Positions 12,402-23,458 of a stretch of 48,376 nucleotides of DNA are shown here, one piece after another (positions within the stretch are counted from its first letter, which is position 1; each line of letters starts with the position of its first letter). The stretch covers positions 52,794,260 through 52,842,635 of the forward strand of contig NC_057719.1 in NCBI RefSeq assembly GCF_004010195.1, written 5' to 3'. This DNA is from Chiloscyllium plagiosum (taxonomy: Eukaryota). The notes below the pieces were generated by a model. That model was not told the origin of the DNA, ran no database searches, and worked only from the letters and a program-made list of their open reading frames with translations. The position numbers and the translations under genes are program-made.

Positions 12402-12494
12402 CTAATGAAGAGCTTATGCCCGAAACATTGACTGTCCTGCTCCTTGATTATTGCCTGAACTGCTGTGCTTTTCCAGCGCTACCCTTTTCGACTC
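12402..12494 (+). mobile_element. short PLE-derived insert, decayed hammerhead
   Basis: ctaatgaagagcttatgcccgaaacattg...ctgctgtgcttttccagc. Confidence 0.75.
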
Positions 12495-12690
12495 TAGACA
12501 GGTTAGATACAGGAAAGATGTTCCCAATGGCAGTGGAGTCCAAAGCCAGGTGTCAAAGTCGAAAGATACAGAGTAAACCATTTAGGACTCAGACAAGGAG
12601 AAATTTCTGTGCCCAGAGAGTGGCGACCCTTCGAGTTACTACCACAGAAAGCAGTCAAGGCCAAAGCACTACATGTTTTCGAGGGACTTC
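12495..12690 (+). mobile_element. CR1 3' fragment
   Basis: LDRLDTGKMFPMAVESKAR...RRNF in ORF 12416-12712. Confidence 0.7.
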
Positions 12691-13641
12691 AGAAGAGAGA
12701 CTGACTGACTGAGAATTAGGGAGATACTCACTTGAGATCAGGGAGAAACTGAGTGCAGAAACTAACACCAATTTATATATTAATTCTGATAGGAAAATCT
12801 GATTTGTTTAAGTTCGTTTCAGTAAAAGTTGCACTTGTAATGATCACTGCTTGGATGTTAAGTGAGGGATTATTGTATTTAAAACAATTTTAGTTATTCT
12901 TTATCCTCTGTATAATAAATAGTTGGGATGGAATCATATAGAATTTCAGGTGGAAGCTATCTAAGTCCCTGAACAATGTGTGCATTGGAGAGTCAATTGA
13001 TAATAATCTGTGCAAATGGAAAATGAGATTCCCACAGGTAAGAAAATAAATCTATGTTTTCACTCTAGATTTTCATGGTGAGATGGGAGATCCATCTCAT
13101 AAGTGGTGAGAGACCTATTTGCCTGCATTAACATCTCATTATTACCTAACCTTGTTTTATTTGTGCATAGTTTGCTATGTTACTGAGTAGTGGAAAAAAA
13201 ACTGTATGGCAACAATTACCAAGATGAAAGTCTGAGGGAGTACCTGACAGTTTTAGCTCATTGTTTGTTCCTCTGGGCCTTTATCTTAGACAACATTTCT
13301 TAACATTGCAAAGGTGTGATCAATGTGAAAAGACTGTTTGCATCCTTTGTCCATGGAGATTAGCATCAGACACTCTCCAGCCTCACAACATTATGGCGCA
13401 TTCCCAACTCATTTATAATAGTCCCCCACCTCAATACAGTACTTTGAAGGTCACTGACCCCTGTTATTGTAATGCCGCTGCCAGGCTACGGTGTTCACAT
13501 GGATAGGCACCCATCTCATGTATCAGTGCAGGATGCATATTAGTACTCCTAGCTTGCCCTCTTACATTTCACTTACTTTGCATTTATATGGATGTTAATA
13601 ACATCTCTGCCTCGTCTTTCAGTGCATTGCTGCCTCAGGTG

Positions 13642-13715
13642 AAGAAGGGTTATACCCAAAATGTCAACTTCTCCACCTCTTGATGCTGTATTCATCCAGT
13701 CTCCTGCTTGTTTAT
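13642..13715 (+). mobile_element. very short PLE-derived insert, decayed hammerhead
   Basis: tgaagaagggttatacccaaaatgtca; related to 36822-36945 (-). Flanked by direct repeat ctcaggtg (13634-13641, 13716-13723). Confidence 0.6.
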
Positions 13716-14225
13716 CTCAGGTGCAGTCTTACCAATGCCCTCTATAACTGAAGCATGGCCTCCATATTCTTGCATTCAATTCACCTTACAATAAGCCACA
13801 ATGTTCTTTCCTGATGACTTGCTGCACCAGCATACTGAACCTTTGCAATTCATGCATTAGGACATCCAGATCTGTCTGTATCTCAGAACTCTACAACATC
13901 TCATCATTTAGATAATATGCTTTCTTCTTTCTTCTTTCAGCCAAAATAGACAATTTCACACTTTTCCACAGCGTATTCCATTTGCTCACTTTATGTTCCT
14001 TTGTTGATCCTTATGTCATCTTCATAACTTTCTTTTCTACCTATTTTTGCGTCATTAGCAAATTCAGCTAACATACCTTTAGTACCTCATCCAAATCACT
14101 CATGTAACTTATAAAGCATTGATGTCCCTGCACTAATGCCTGTGGCCCACATCCTTCCGGTCTGAAAATACCCAGTTATTCCTACACAATGCTTTCCTGT
14201 TAGCCAGCCAATCTCCTATCCAAGC
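13716..14225 (-). mobile_element. old CR1 RT fragment
   Basis: Minus strand has an FAND(A)K remnant of FADDTK at about 14050-14065, tggctaacagg (NWL) and a QLYRALVRLHL remnant. Confidence 0.65.
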
Positions 14226-14235
14226 CACATTACAA

Positions 14236-14850
14236 CAGGAGGAAGAACTGGAGGAATGGGTGGCACGGTGGCACTATGGGCAGCACGGTAGCACAGTGGT
14301 TAGCACTGCTGCCTCACAGCGGCAGAGACCCGGGTTTAATTCCCACCTCAGGCGACTGACTGTGTGGAGTTTGCACATTCTCCCCGTGTCTGCGTGGGTT
14401 TCCTCCGGGTACTCCGGTTTCCGCCCACAGTCCAAAAATGTGCAGGTTAGGTGAATTGGCCATGCTAGATTGCCCGTAGTGTTAGGTGGAGGGGTAAAAG
14501 TAGGGGAATGGATCTGGGTGGGTTGCGCTACAGCGAGTCGGTGTGGACTTGTTGGGCCGAAGGGCCTGTTTCCACACTGTAAGTAATCTAATCTAATCTA
14601 AGTAATCTAATCTAGTCATCTCAACTTCCGCCTTAGGACCCTCCAACCACATGGGATCAATGTCAGCTTCGTCAGTTTCCTCATCTCCCCTCCCCCCACC
14701 TTATCCCAGATCCAACCTTCCAACTTGGCACCGCCCTCTTGAAGTGTCCTTCCTGTCCATCTTCCTTCCTAACTATCCGCTCTACCCTCCCCTCTGACCT
14801 ATCAGCATCACCCCTCACCTTCATCTTCCTGTTGCATTCCTAGTTAACCA
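14236..14850 (+). mobile_element. PLE fragment (GIY-YIG endonuclease C-terminus plus 3' tract), split by a SINE
   Basis: Removing the SINE restores LEE-CHLNFRLRTLQPHGINV. The same motif occurs in ORFs 25687-26073 and 40866-41291. Confidence 0.75.
14258..14614 (+). mobile_element. HE1-type SINE, young, full length
   Basis: tRNA-like head, central domain (gtgtggagtttgcacattctccccgtgtctgcgtgggtttcctccggg), CR1-like tail, (AATCT)n end. Confidence 0.92.
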
Positions 14851-16287
14851 TGGGTGGAGTTTCTGACCCTTAGAACTTCTATTTGTTGCAGTCTACCTGT
14901 TCTGTACTCACTGGAATATCCCTTTAAATGTTTTCTATCTATTGACTTACCTTTTAACCTAAATTATCAGTTCACGTTCGCTAGCTCTGCTTTCATATCC
15001 TCATAATTATCCTTGATTATGCTTGACCCACCATTCTCTCCTTTAAACTGTATGTAAAAATTCAGTGTGATCAATGCTACCCAGTGGTGCTTTCACTATG
15101 AGATGAGTAAAGCATGCTGCTTGGTTTTTGCTCTCAATATTGCCCCAAATATTCAATGAATTCCTGCAAGACAATTTTGAAGTCTACACGTAGGTTAAAA
15201 TTCCTTATAATGATTGCCATGTCCCTTTGTCAAGATCCTTCTCGCCTTATCTAAATCGCAAATGTGCATGAAAAATGGCTGCCAACACAACCACAATGGG
15301 CAGAGTAAATTTATCGCTGAGGAAACAGGCTCTGCTTATGAACAATGTGAGGCCCTTCAAGGAACAATTATGCTAAGGCACCGACACATTACAGTTTGAA
15401 GACATCTGTAATTATAAACCTCTGCACACAAAACGTATGCAGGAACCAATTAAGCCAAATCCAAATCTGGCCATATGCAATCTTGACCATGTCATTGGTC
15501 ATTACAGATTGATTACAGCTAACCCAGTGAAGCAAATATAATCACAAACAAACCTAAAAGTGTCATTTGCTGGCTGCAATTCATAAAGACAGTCCAAGGT
15601 TTCAGGCTGCTCAAGTACACAGAGCTGATTTACGCTCACCTTGAGTTACACGTATTTGACATATTCTTATATGAAATGCTGCCTTTCTTGAGTGATGTGG
15701 GACACGGACAAGGTTTCATTACTGCCACTGCACTTACAATTGCTTACTATATTTGCATGCCATGGCTTGTGCTGCATACATTGGAATAAGGTCCACTGTG
15801 TCAAAAGTCCATTAGAATCATGCCACAGCCCTCTTTGTCAGAGCCTTCCATGTCCCACTGTATGGAGGATGAGGCTAAAATTTTATTTGTGTGTGATGCG
15901 ACTACTCACCTTACAAGGGACCTGTTCTATTTTTGATACTCCCAGTACAGATTATGACCATAGGTCCAGTCACAGGAGGGGCTATTTTCACTGTGACATG
16001 GTGAAAGAAAAGCACTGAGAAATGAAGGACAATCAGATGCACAAACAAGCTGCTGACCAGCTCCAGATGGATACACTACTGCTGAATATCCCCTCAGGAT
16101 GTGGAGAGCATATACAGAAGGCCCAGAGCCTATTGTCCTTGATACTATTTTGTCCAACTGAGCCAAGGCCTAGTGACACTGCATCCTGCAGATGTCCTGA
16201 GACACTGTAACAGAACTGTGTCTTTTGCTGGAACAGGACCTGCAAACTTAAGGTGTAAGTGGCAAGTTGATCGCAGTGGCCACCAAG

Positions 16288-16554
16288 GTGACAGCTTTTC
16301 AAAACCTCTAAGCAACTTGCTACTTCCAAGGACCAATGGGGACCTGTGTGGGATCTCTTGATTCTCAACCCACAAATGTATCGAGACTATTGCCAATGCA
16401 ATTTGTGCCCAATTGCACTACTCCATCCCAACTCCTTGTGATGTGGTCAGTGCTTCCCCCAGGCAGTAGGCGTTGAGAATCAAGAGATCCCACACATGTC
16501 CCCATTGGGTCTTTGGAAGTAGCAAGTTGCATAGAGGTTTTGAAAAGCTGTCAC
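16288..16554. repeat. inverted repeat, arms 16288-16369 and 16472-16554, 102-bp spacer
   Basis: Manual reverse complement: 82/83-nt arms differ by 3 substitutions and 1 indel. Confidence 0.95.
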
Positions 16555-16860
16555 ATTTGACTTTCCCCCGGTGCAGAGTGTGATAGTCTTTACACAAATT
16601 TCATTGAAATCACTGTATCATAATGCAGCAGACTTCATCAATAGAAATCTTTTCCATTCCATCAATGTACAATCATTTGAAATCACTGCTACCATACCCT
16701 TGAAGTCTGTTCCAGTTATCCTAAGAACGTGCATGTTCCTGCTTCACTTCAAGGCCTAGATGTCTTACAAAGATTTTTACTGGGAAACACCGGCTACCCT
16801 ATGTAAACATGGATGATGACCCCATTAGGTAACCCCTGACTGAGGCTGAGTGTAGATGTA

Positions 16861-17248
16861 CCACTCTACTCCAGAATCTGGTTTCCAGCATCTGCAGTCA
16901 TTGTTTTTACCTCGTTGATTTTAACCCTACTGCGATGTCTGCCTTGAAGAAGTTTTCCTCCTCTCTCTACAAGAATCTCAGGGAGTCCCTCTCCCACTGC
17001 AGCTCCCAGGTATCACCTTCATGCCCACCCCCACTCACCTAATGTACTCTATGCTACTTTCTCCCACTCCCACCCTCCTCTCATTTATCTCTCCACCCTT
17101 CAGGCACTCTGCCTGTATTCCTGATGAAGGGCTTTTGCCTGAAACGTCGATTTTCCTGTTCCTTGGATGCTGCCTGAACTGCTGTGCTTTTCCAGCACCA
17201 CTCTACTCCAGAGTCTGGTTTCCAGCATCTGCAGTCATTGTTTTTACC
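16861..17248 (+). mobile_element. non-autonomous PLE-derived mini-element with terminal direct repeats and hammerhead
   Basis: 52-nt direct repeats 16861-16912 / 17198-17249 (1 mismatch). Hammerhead core 17121-17148. 8-bp TSD tagatgta (16853-16860, 17249-17256). Confidence 0.88.
17117..17152 (+). ncRNA. minimal type I hammerhead ribozyme motif
   Basis: CTGATGA-A-GGGC-TTTT-GCCT-GAAA-C-GTC. Confidence 0.7.
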
Positions 17249-17758
17249 TAGATGTAATGCAGCCCACCTTCCACTAAGGCCATGGTGCCACAAACAATAG
17301 GGCTCAAGAAGATGAGGTTGTGTTACTTGGATTGTTTTGGATGGGACCCTCACAGTGTACCCCAGATTGAATGTGCTTGTGCTCTCCTGTGTGCAACGGG
17401 AGTGGGCAAAGGGGAGGACGTTATGGATGGTGAAGAGCTGGGAGGCCAGTAGCAGTCTTCTTTGGAATAAGGTGAGGACATTGAGAAGGAGGAACATTAC
17501 CTTCACCATGATAGAGTGAAGCAGTATTGGACACAAGATGTACAGTACTTTCCTGATGCCTGCCTCCAAGCCAATCAGTCAATGGCTGTGAATTTGTGTT
17601 GTCCAAAAGGCAAGCAACCACTATTTATCTCCAAAAAGTGCATGCAACATGTTTTTGTTTGCTTTTCCTTTGTTTTATCTATTCAATAAAAGAAAATGTT
17701 TTCAACTGTTTAAAGGCTTTATAACACCTGAAGCTTCCATGTTGAACAATGTTTTGTT

Positions 17759-19113
17759 ATAGAACGTAGAACAATACAGCGCAGAACAGGCCCTTAGGCT
17801 GGCAATGTTACGCTGACCTGAGAACTATTCTCAACTCGTCCCCCTACACTATTCCATCATCATCCATATGCTTATCTAAGGATTGTTTAAAATCTCCCTA
17901 ATGTGGTTGAGTTAACTACATTGGCAGGTGGGACATTCCATACCCTTACCACTCTCTGAGTAAAGAACCTGCCTCTGACATCTTTCTTAAATCTATCACC
18001 CCTCAATTTGTATCTATGCCCCCTTGAACAAGCTGATGTCATCATCCTCGGAAAAAGACTTTCACTGTCTACCCTATCTAATCCTCTGATCATCTTGTAT
18101 GTCTCTATCAAATCCCCTCTTAGCTTTCTTCTTTCCAACGAGAACAGACCCAAATCTCTCAGCTTTTCCTCATAAGACCTTCCCTCATGACCAGGCAACA
18201 TCCTGGTAAATCTCCTCTGCACCTTTTCCATTGCTTCCACTTCCATCCGGAAATATGGTGACCAGAACTGTGCACAATATTCCAAGTGTGGCCACACTAA
18301 CATTTTGTATAGTTGCAGCATGATATTGTGGCTCCGAAACTCAATCCCTCTACCAATGAAACCTAACACACCATATACCTTCTTAACAGCACTATCAACC
18401 TCGGTGTCAACTTTCAGGGATCTATGTACATGGACTCCAAGATCCCTCTGCACATCCACACTACCAAGAATCTTTCCATTGACCCAGTACTCTGCCTTCC
18501 TGTTATTCTTCCCAAAGTGCATCACCTCACATTTAGCTGCATTGAACTCCATTTTCCACCTCTCGGCCCAATTCTGCAGTTTATCCAAGTCCCCTGCAAC
18601 CTGTAACATTCTTCCAAACTGTCCACTACTCTACCGACTTTAGTGTCATCTGCAAATTTACTAATCCATCCACCTATGCCTGCATCTAAGTCATTTATAA
18701 AAATGACAAACAGCAGTGGTCCCAAAACAGATCCTTGTGGCACATCACTAGTAACCGAACTCCAGGCTGAATATTTTCCATCAACCACCACTCGCTGCCT
18801 TCTTTCAGAAAGCCAGTTTCTAATCCAAACTGCTAAATCACCCTCAATCCCATGCCTCTGCATTTTGTCCAACAGCCTACCATGTGAAACCTTATCAAAG
18901 GTTTTACTGAAGTCCATGTATACCACGTCAACGGTCCTACCATCATCTACATGCTTGGTCACCTTCTCAAAAAACTCAATGAAGTTTGTGAGACACAAGC
19001 AGCCCTTGACAAAATCATGTTGACTATCTGAAATCAAATTGTTGCTTGCTAGATGATTATAAATCTTATCTCTTATAATCCTTTCTAGAACCTTTCCTAC
19101 AACAGAAGTAAGG
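17759..19113 (-). mobile_element. CR1 LINE subfamily B, 5'-truncated
   Basis: ORFs 18522-19037 (YMDFSK, PQGSVLGP, FADDTK) and 17887-18609; (TTCTA)-type tail. Confidence 0.95.
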
Positions 19114-19732
19114 TATGCTTGCCTTTATTGGTCAGTGCATTGAATAGAGGAGTTGGGAGGTCATATTGTGGCTTTACAGGCCATTGGTTAGGCCACTTTT
19201 GGAAAACTGCATAGAATTCTGGTATTCCTGTTATAGGAAGGATGTTTTAAAGCTTAAAAGGGTTCAGAAAAAATTTATAAGGGCATTGCCAGGGTTAGAG
19301 GGTTTGAGCAATAGGGAGGGGATGAATAAGCTGGGGCATAGGAGGTTGAAGGATAACCTTATAGAGATTTATAAAATCATGAGGGACATGGATAGGATGA
19401 CTAGCCAAAGTCTTTTTCCCTGGGTAGGGGACTCCAAAACTAGAGGGCATAGCTTTAAGGTGAGAAGGGAAAGATTTAAAAGAGACCTACGGGGGCAACA
19501 TTTTCATGGACACAGTGGTGCATGTATAGAATGAACAGCCAGAGGAGATGGTGGAGGTTGATACAATTGCACCAGTTAAAAGGCATCTGGAAGGGTACAT
19601 GAATAGGAAGGGTTTAGAGGGATATGGGCCGGGTGCTGGTGCACGGGACCAGATAAATTTAAGATATCTGGTCAGCATGGATGAGTTGGACCGAAGATTC
19701 TGTTTCTGTGTTGTACAGCTCTATGACTCTAT
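19112..19732 (+). mobile_element. CR1 LINE subfamily A, 3' fragment
   Basis: ORF 19166-19534; tail ctctatgactctat. Confidence 0.92.
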
Positions 19733-22401
19733 AAACTGTTCTGCTATGCTGGGTGTTAATATACGGGGAGTAACTGCAAGCTCCCCCTCCCCGTACCCAC
19801 ACTATATTGACTAACAGTCATGCAGCTTAATGGGAACATTACACATAGGCTACAGAAGTTCAGGAAGACTGCTTCCTAACACCTTCTCAAGGTAAATAGG
19901 AATAGGAAATAAATACTAGCCTTGTCAGTGATGTTTTTACCCTAACAATGAATAAAATAAATACGGATACCTTAGTAAATTAGAGCAGGGTAGCAGTAGT
20001 CTTTAAAGGAGTTTCAAGGGTATCATTAAGTATTGCTGTAAAGCAAATGGAAAAGTTAAAATCCATTAGCTACTAAATTAACCGTAAAATCAAGAATAGA
20101 AAATAAATTAAATGAAAACCTCTTTTTTTTTTGCTTTTAAAAACTGATTACTGTATGTCTTGCTGGCTTAAGACAACAGTGGAGGACTGCCAAGGAGATG
20201 GCATTTCCATGACTGGGAACTTGGTGTTAATTTTAATATCAAGTTTTGCAAGGAATTATTCCACAAGTTTGGTTGGTGTGGGAGGGGAGGCAGCTTCTGG
20301 ACTGAAAATTGGCGAGCCTGAAGAAAAACAACATGGATATGAATGGAATTGCATTGACAGAACAAAGGATCATTCGAGAAATGCAACTGGAATTCAAACC
20401 CTGACCATTTAAAATATACAATAAATCATCGAAAGAAGCAGGAATAAGCAAAGTTAGTTATGTTTGCAGTTGCCACCAAACCGGGAGGGACAAGGGGAAA
20501 AAAAACACTCCACTTACATCAAGATGAAGATGGATTGATGAGAAGTAAAAGAAATGCAAAGTAATTGGACTATGGAAGGAAAATAAACAGTAAGAATCAA
20601 TGACATAACATGGGATTATACAGAAACAAAAATGGGTACATTAGCAGATAATTCACTCAAATTAGGCATAGTGACTGATAGCAGGAGAAAAGATAAGCAG
20701 ACTTTATCTACCCAGAAGGGTATTTGCTACCAGTGATGGAAAGAGGTCTGTATGAGACACTTCTAGGGCCCCACCAGGAGCAATATGTAATTCTGTTCAC
20801 AATGCTACACCGAGGACATCCAGACATTGGAAGTAGCACAATGAACACAATGAATTGAATTGAATTGAATTTATTGTCACGTGTACAGACACAGTGAAAA
20901 GCTTTGTCTTGTGAGCAATACAGGCAGATTACAGAGTTAAATAGCATAGATAAGTAAATAATAGGTAAACAGTGGCAAAACCAAAACACAGGTACAGGCA
21001 AATGTTAAGAGTTTGTGAGACCATTCAGTATTCTAACAACAGTAGGGTAGAAACTGTTTCGGAACCAGCTGGTGCGCATGTTCAGGCTTCTGTACCTTCT
21101 CCCTGATGGTAGAGGTTGTAGAAGAGCATTTCCAGGGTGGGCTGGATCTTTGAGAATGCTGGTGGTCTTCCCTTGACAGTGGCCTGGCAGATGAATTCTA
21201 TAGATTGGAGGTTGGTCTTTGTGATTGTCCGGGCTGAGTTTACCACTCTCTGTAACCGTCTCCCATCTTGAATGGTACAGTTGCCATACCGTAGTGATAC
21301 ATCCAGAGAGAATACTCTCGATGACACGCCTATAAAAGTTCGCAAGGGTATTCACCGTCGTGCCAAATTTCCTCAGCTGCTTGAGGAAGAAGAGATTTTG
21401 TTGGGCCTTTGTAACTAGTGCGTCCACATGAAGAGTCCAAGAAAGCTTGTTGTGGATGATCACTCCCAGGAGATTGACACTCTCCACTTGTTTCACCTCT
21501 GTGCTGTTAATGTGTAGGGAGGCATGAGTAACATCCCACCAAAAGTCAATAATGAGGGGGGGGCTCCATTGTTGAGTGTTAATGAAGATGAAATATTGTC
21601 TCCAGTCTTCACCGATTGTGGCCTGTGGGTCAGGAAACTGAGGATCTAGTTGCAGAGAGTAGGGCTTAGTCTGAGATCACTGAGTTTAGTAATCAGTCTC
21701 GAGGGGGATAATAGTGTTGAAGGCTAAACTGTAGTCAATGAGAAGGATTCTTACGTAGCTGTTCTTGGTGTCAAGATGTTCTAGGAAGGAGTGAAGGGCA
21801 AGTGATATGACATTTGACATAGATCTGTTGGTCTGACAGGCAAATTGGAGTGGGTCAAGAGTAGCAGGGAGGCTGGAGTTGAATAATGCCATGACCAGCC
21901 TTTCAAAGCACTTTGTGAACACCGAAGTTAGGGCCACTGGGTGGTAGACATGCTGCATGAGCCTTCTTAGGCACAGGGATGATGTTGGCCCTCTTGAAAC
22001 AGGCAGGGACAGTGGTCTACTGCAGGGAGAGGTTGAAAATGCCCGAGAAGACCTCTGCAAGTTGATCTGCTCATGCTCTGGGTGCACAGTCTGGTACTCC
22101 ATCTAGTCCCATCACTTTCCTTGGACTCACACAAAGGAAAACTGATCTGATCTCTGATGCAGTGACTGTTGGGATAGGTACATCAGGACTTGTTGGAATA
22201 GGTGTTCTCTCTTTGCCAAAATTCTGCTCAAAGCGAGAATTGTAGGTGTTGAGATGATCTGGGAGGGATGTGTCATCATCTGCTATCTTGCGCTATCTCT
22301 TTCTAGAATCTATGATGTCATTCAGTCCTTGCCATAGTCGCTGGGTGTCTGTCTGGATCTTTAGTTTGAATTGGTATTGGTCCTTGGCTGTCTTAATGGC
22401 T

Positions 22402-23458
22402 CTGAAAATGTGTTGCTGGAAAAGTGCAGCAGGTCAGGCAGCATCCAAGGAGCAGGAGAATCGACGTTTCGGGCATGAGCCCTTCTTCAGGAATGAGGAA
22501 AGTGTGTCCAGCAGGCTAAGATAAAAGGTAGGGAGGAGGGACTTGGGGGAGGGGCGTTGGAAATGCGATAGGTGGAAGGAGGTCAAGGTGAGGGTGATAG
22601 GCCGGATTTCCTCTCCCCCCACCTTGTCTCAGTCAAATCCCTCGAACTCAGCACCGCCTTCCTAACCTGCAATCATCTTCCTGACCTCTCCGCCCCCACC
22701 CCACTCCGGCCTATCACCCTCACCTTATCACCCTCACCTNNNNNNNNNNNNNNNNNNNNNNNNNNNNNNNNNNNNNNNNNNNNNNNNNNNNNNNNNNNNN
22801 NNNNNNNNNNNNNNNNNNNNNNNNNNNNNNNNNNNNNNNNNNNNNNNNNNNNNNNNNNNNNNNNNNNNNNNNNNNNNNNNNNNNNNNNNNNNNNNNNNNN
22901 NNNNNNNNNNNNNNNNNNNNNNNNNNNNNNNNNNNNNNNNNNNNNNNNNNNNNNNNNNNNNNNNNNNNNNNNNNNNNNNNNNNNNNNNNNNNNNNNNNNN
23001 NNNNNNNNNNNNNNNNNNNNNNNNNNNNNNNNNNNNNNNNNNNNNNNNNNNNNNNNNNNNNNNNNNNNNNNNNNNNNNNNNNNNNNNNNNNNNNNNNNNN
23101 NNNNNNNNNNNNNNNNNNNNNNNNNNNNNNNNNNNNNNNNNNNNNNNTGGGATGGTAGGTGAGGACCAGTGGGGTTCTTTCCTGGTAGCAATTGGAGGGG
23201 CGGGGCTCAAGGGCGGAGGAGCGGGAAGTGGAGGAGATGCGGTGGAGGGCATCGTTGATCACGTCTGGGGGGAAATTGCGATCTTTGAAGAAGGAGGCCA
23301 TCTGGGTTGTACGGTATTGGAACTGGTCCTCCTGGGAGCAGATGCGGTGGAGACGAAGGAATTGGGAATATGGGATGGCGTTTTTACAGGGGGCAGGGTG
23401 GGAGGAGGTGTAGTCTAGGTAGCTGTGGGAGTCGATCGGTTTATAGTAAATGTCCGTG
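22402..23458 (-). mobile_element. Penelope-like element insertion (3' pLTR, inverted segment, gap, ORF fragment)
   Basis: 3' end with hammerhead (22459-22495, -). Opposite-orientation segment 22606-22739. Beyond the gap, MASFFKDRNFPP..PLVLTYHP, typical of the PLE RT to GIY-YIG linker. Confidence 0.85.
22740..23147. other. assembly gap (408 N)
   Basis: Run of N. Confidence 1.

Larger units (their letters stand above)
16100..17450 (+). pseudogene. decayed PIF/Harbinger DDE transposase (DNA transposon fossil)
   Basis: Collinear motifs across frameshifts: DTVTELC, VATKVTA, GDLCGIS..HKCI, FPPVQSVI...FINRNLFHSINVQ, LGNTGYP..WMMTP, TEAECRCNAAH, QTIGL.KMR. These match HARBI1-family transposases. 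Termini not identified. Confidence 0.8.

Noticed and set aside
15630..15900. Harbinger Myb/SANT partner gene on the minus strand
   Set aside because: Position is plausible, but I could read only a vague VSAV-like remnant and a donor-like site; too weak to call.
16288..16554. MITE with long terminal inverted repeats
   Set aside because: The left arm and spacer are internal transposase coding sequence, and no TSD flanks the pair.
22572..23301. Long ORFs of 172-196 aa
   Set aside because: They are artefacts of translating through the N gap; only the PLE part right of the gap is meaningful.
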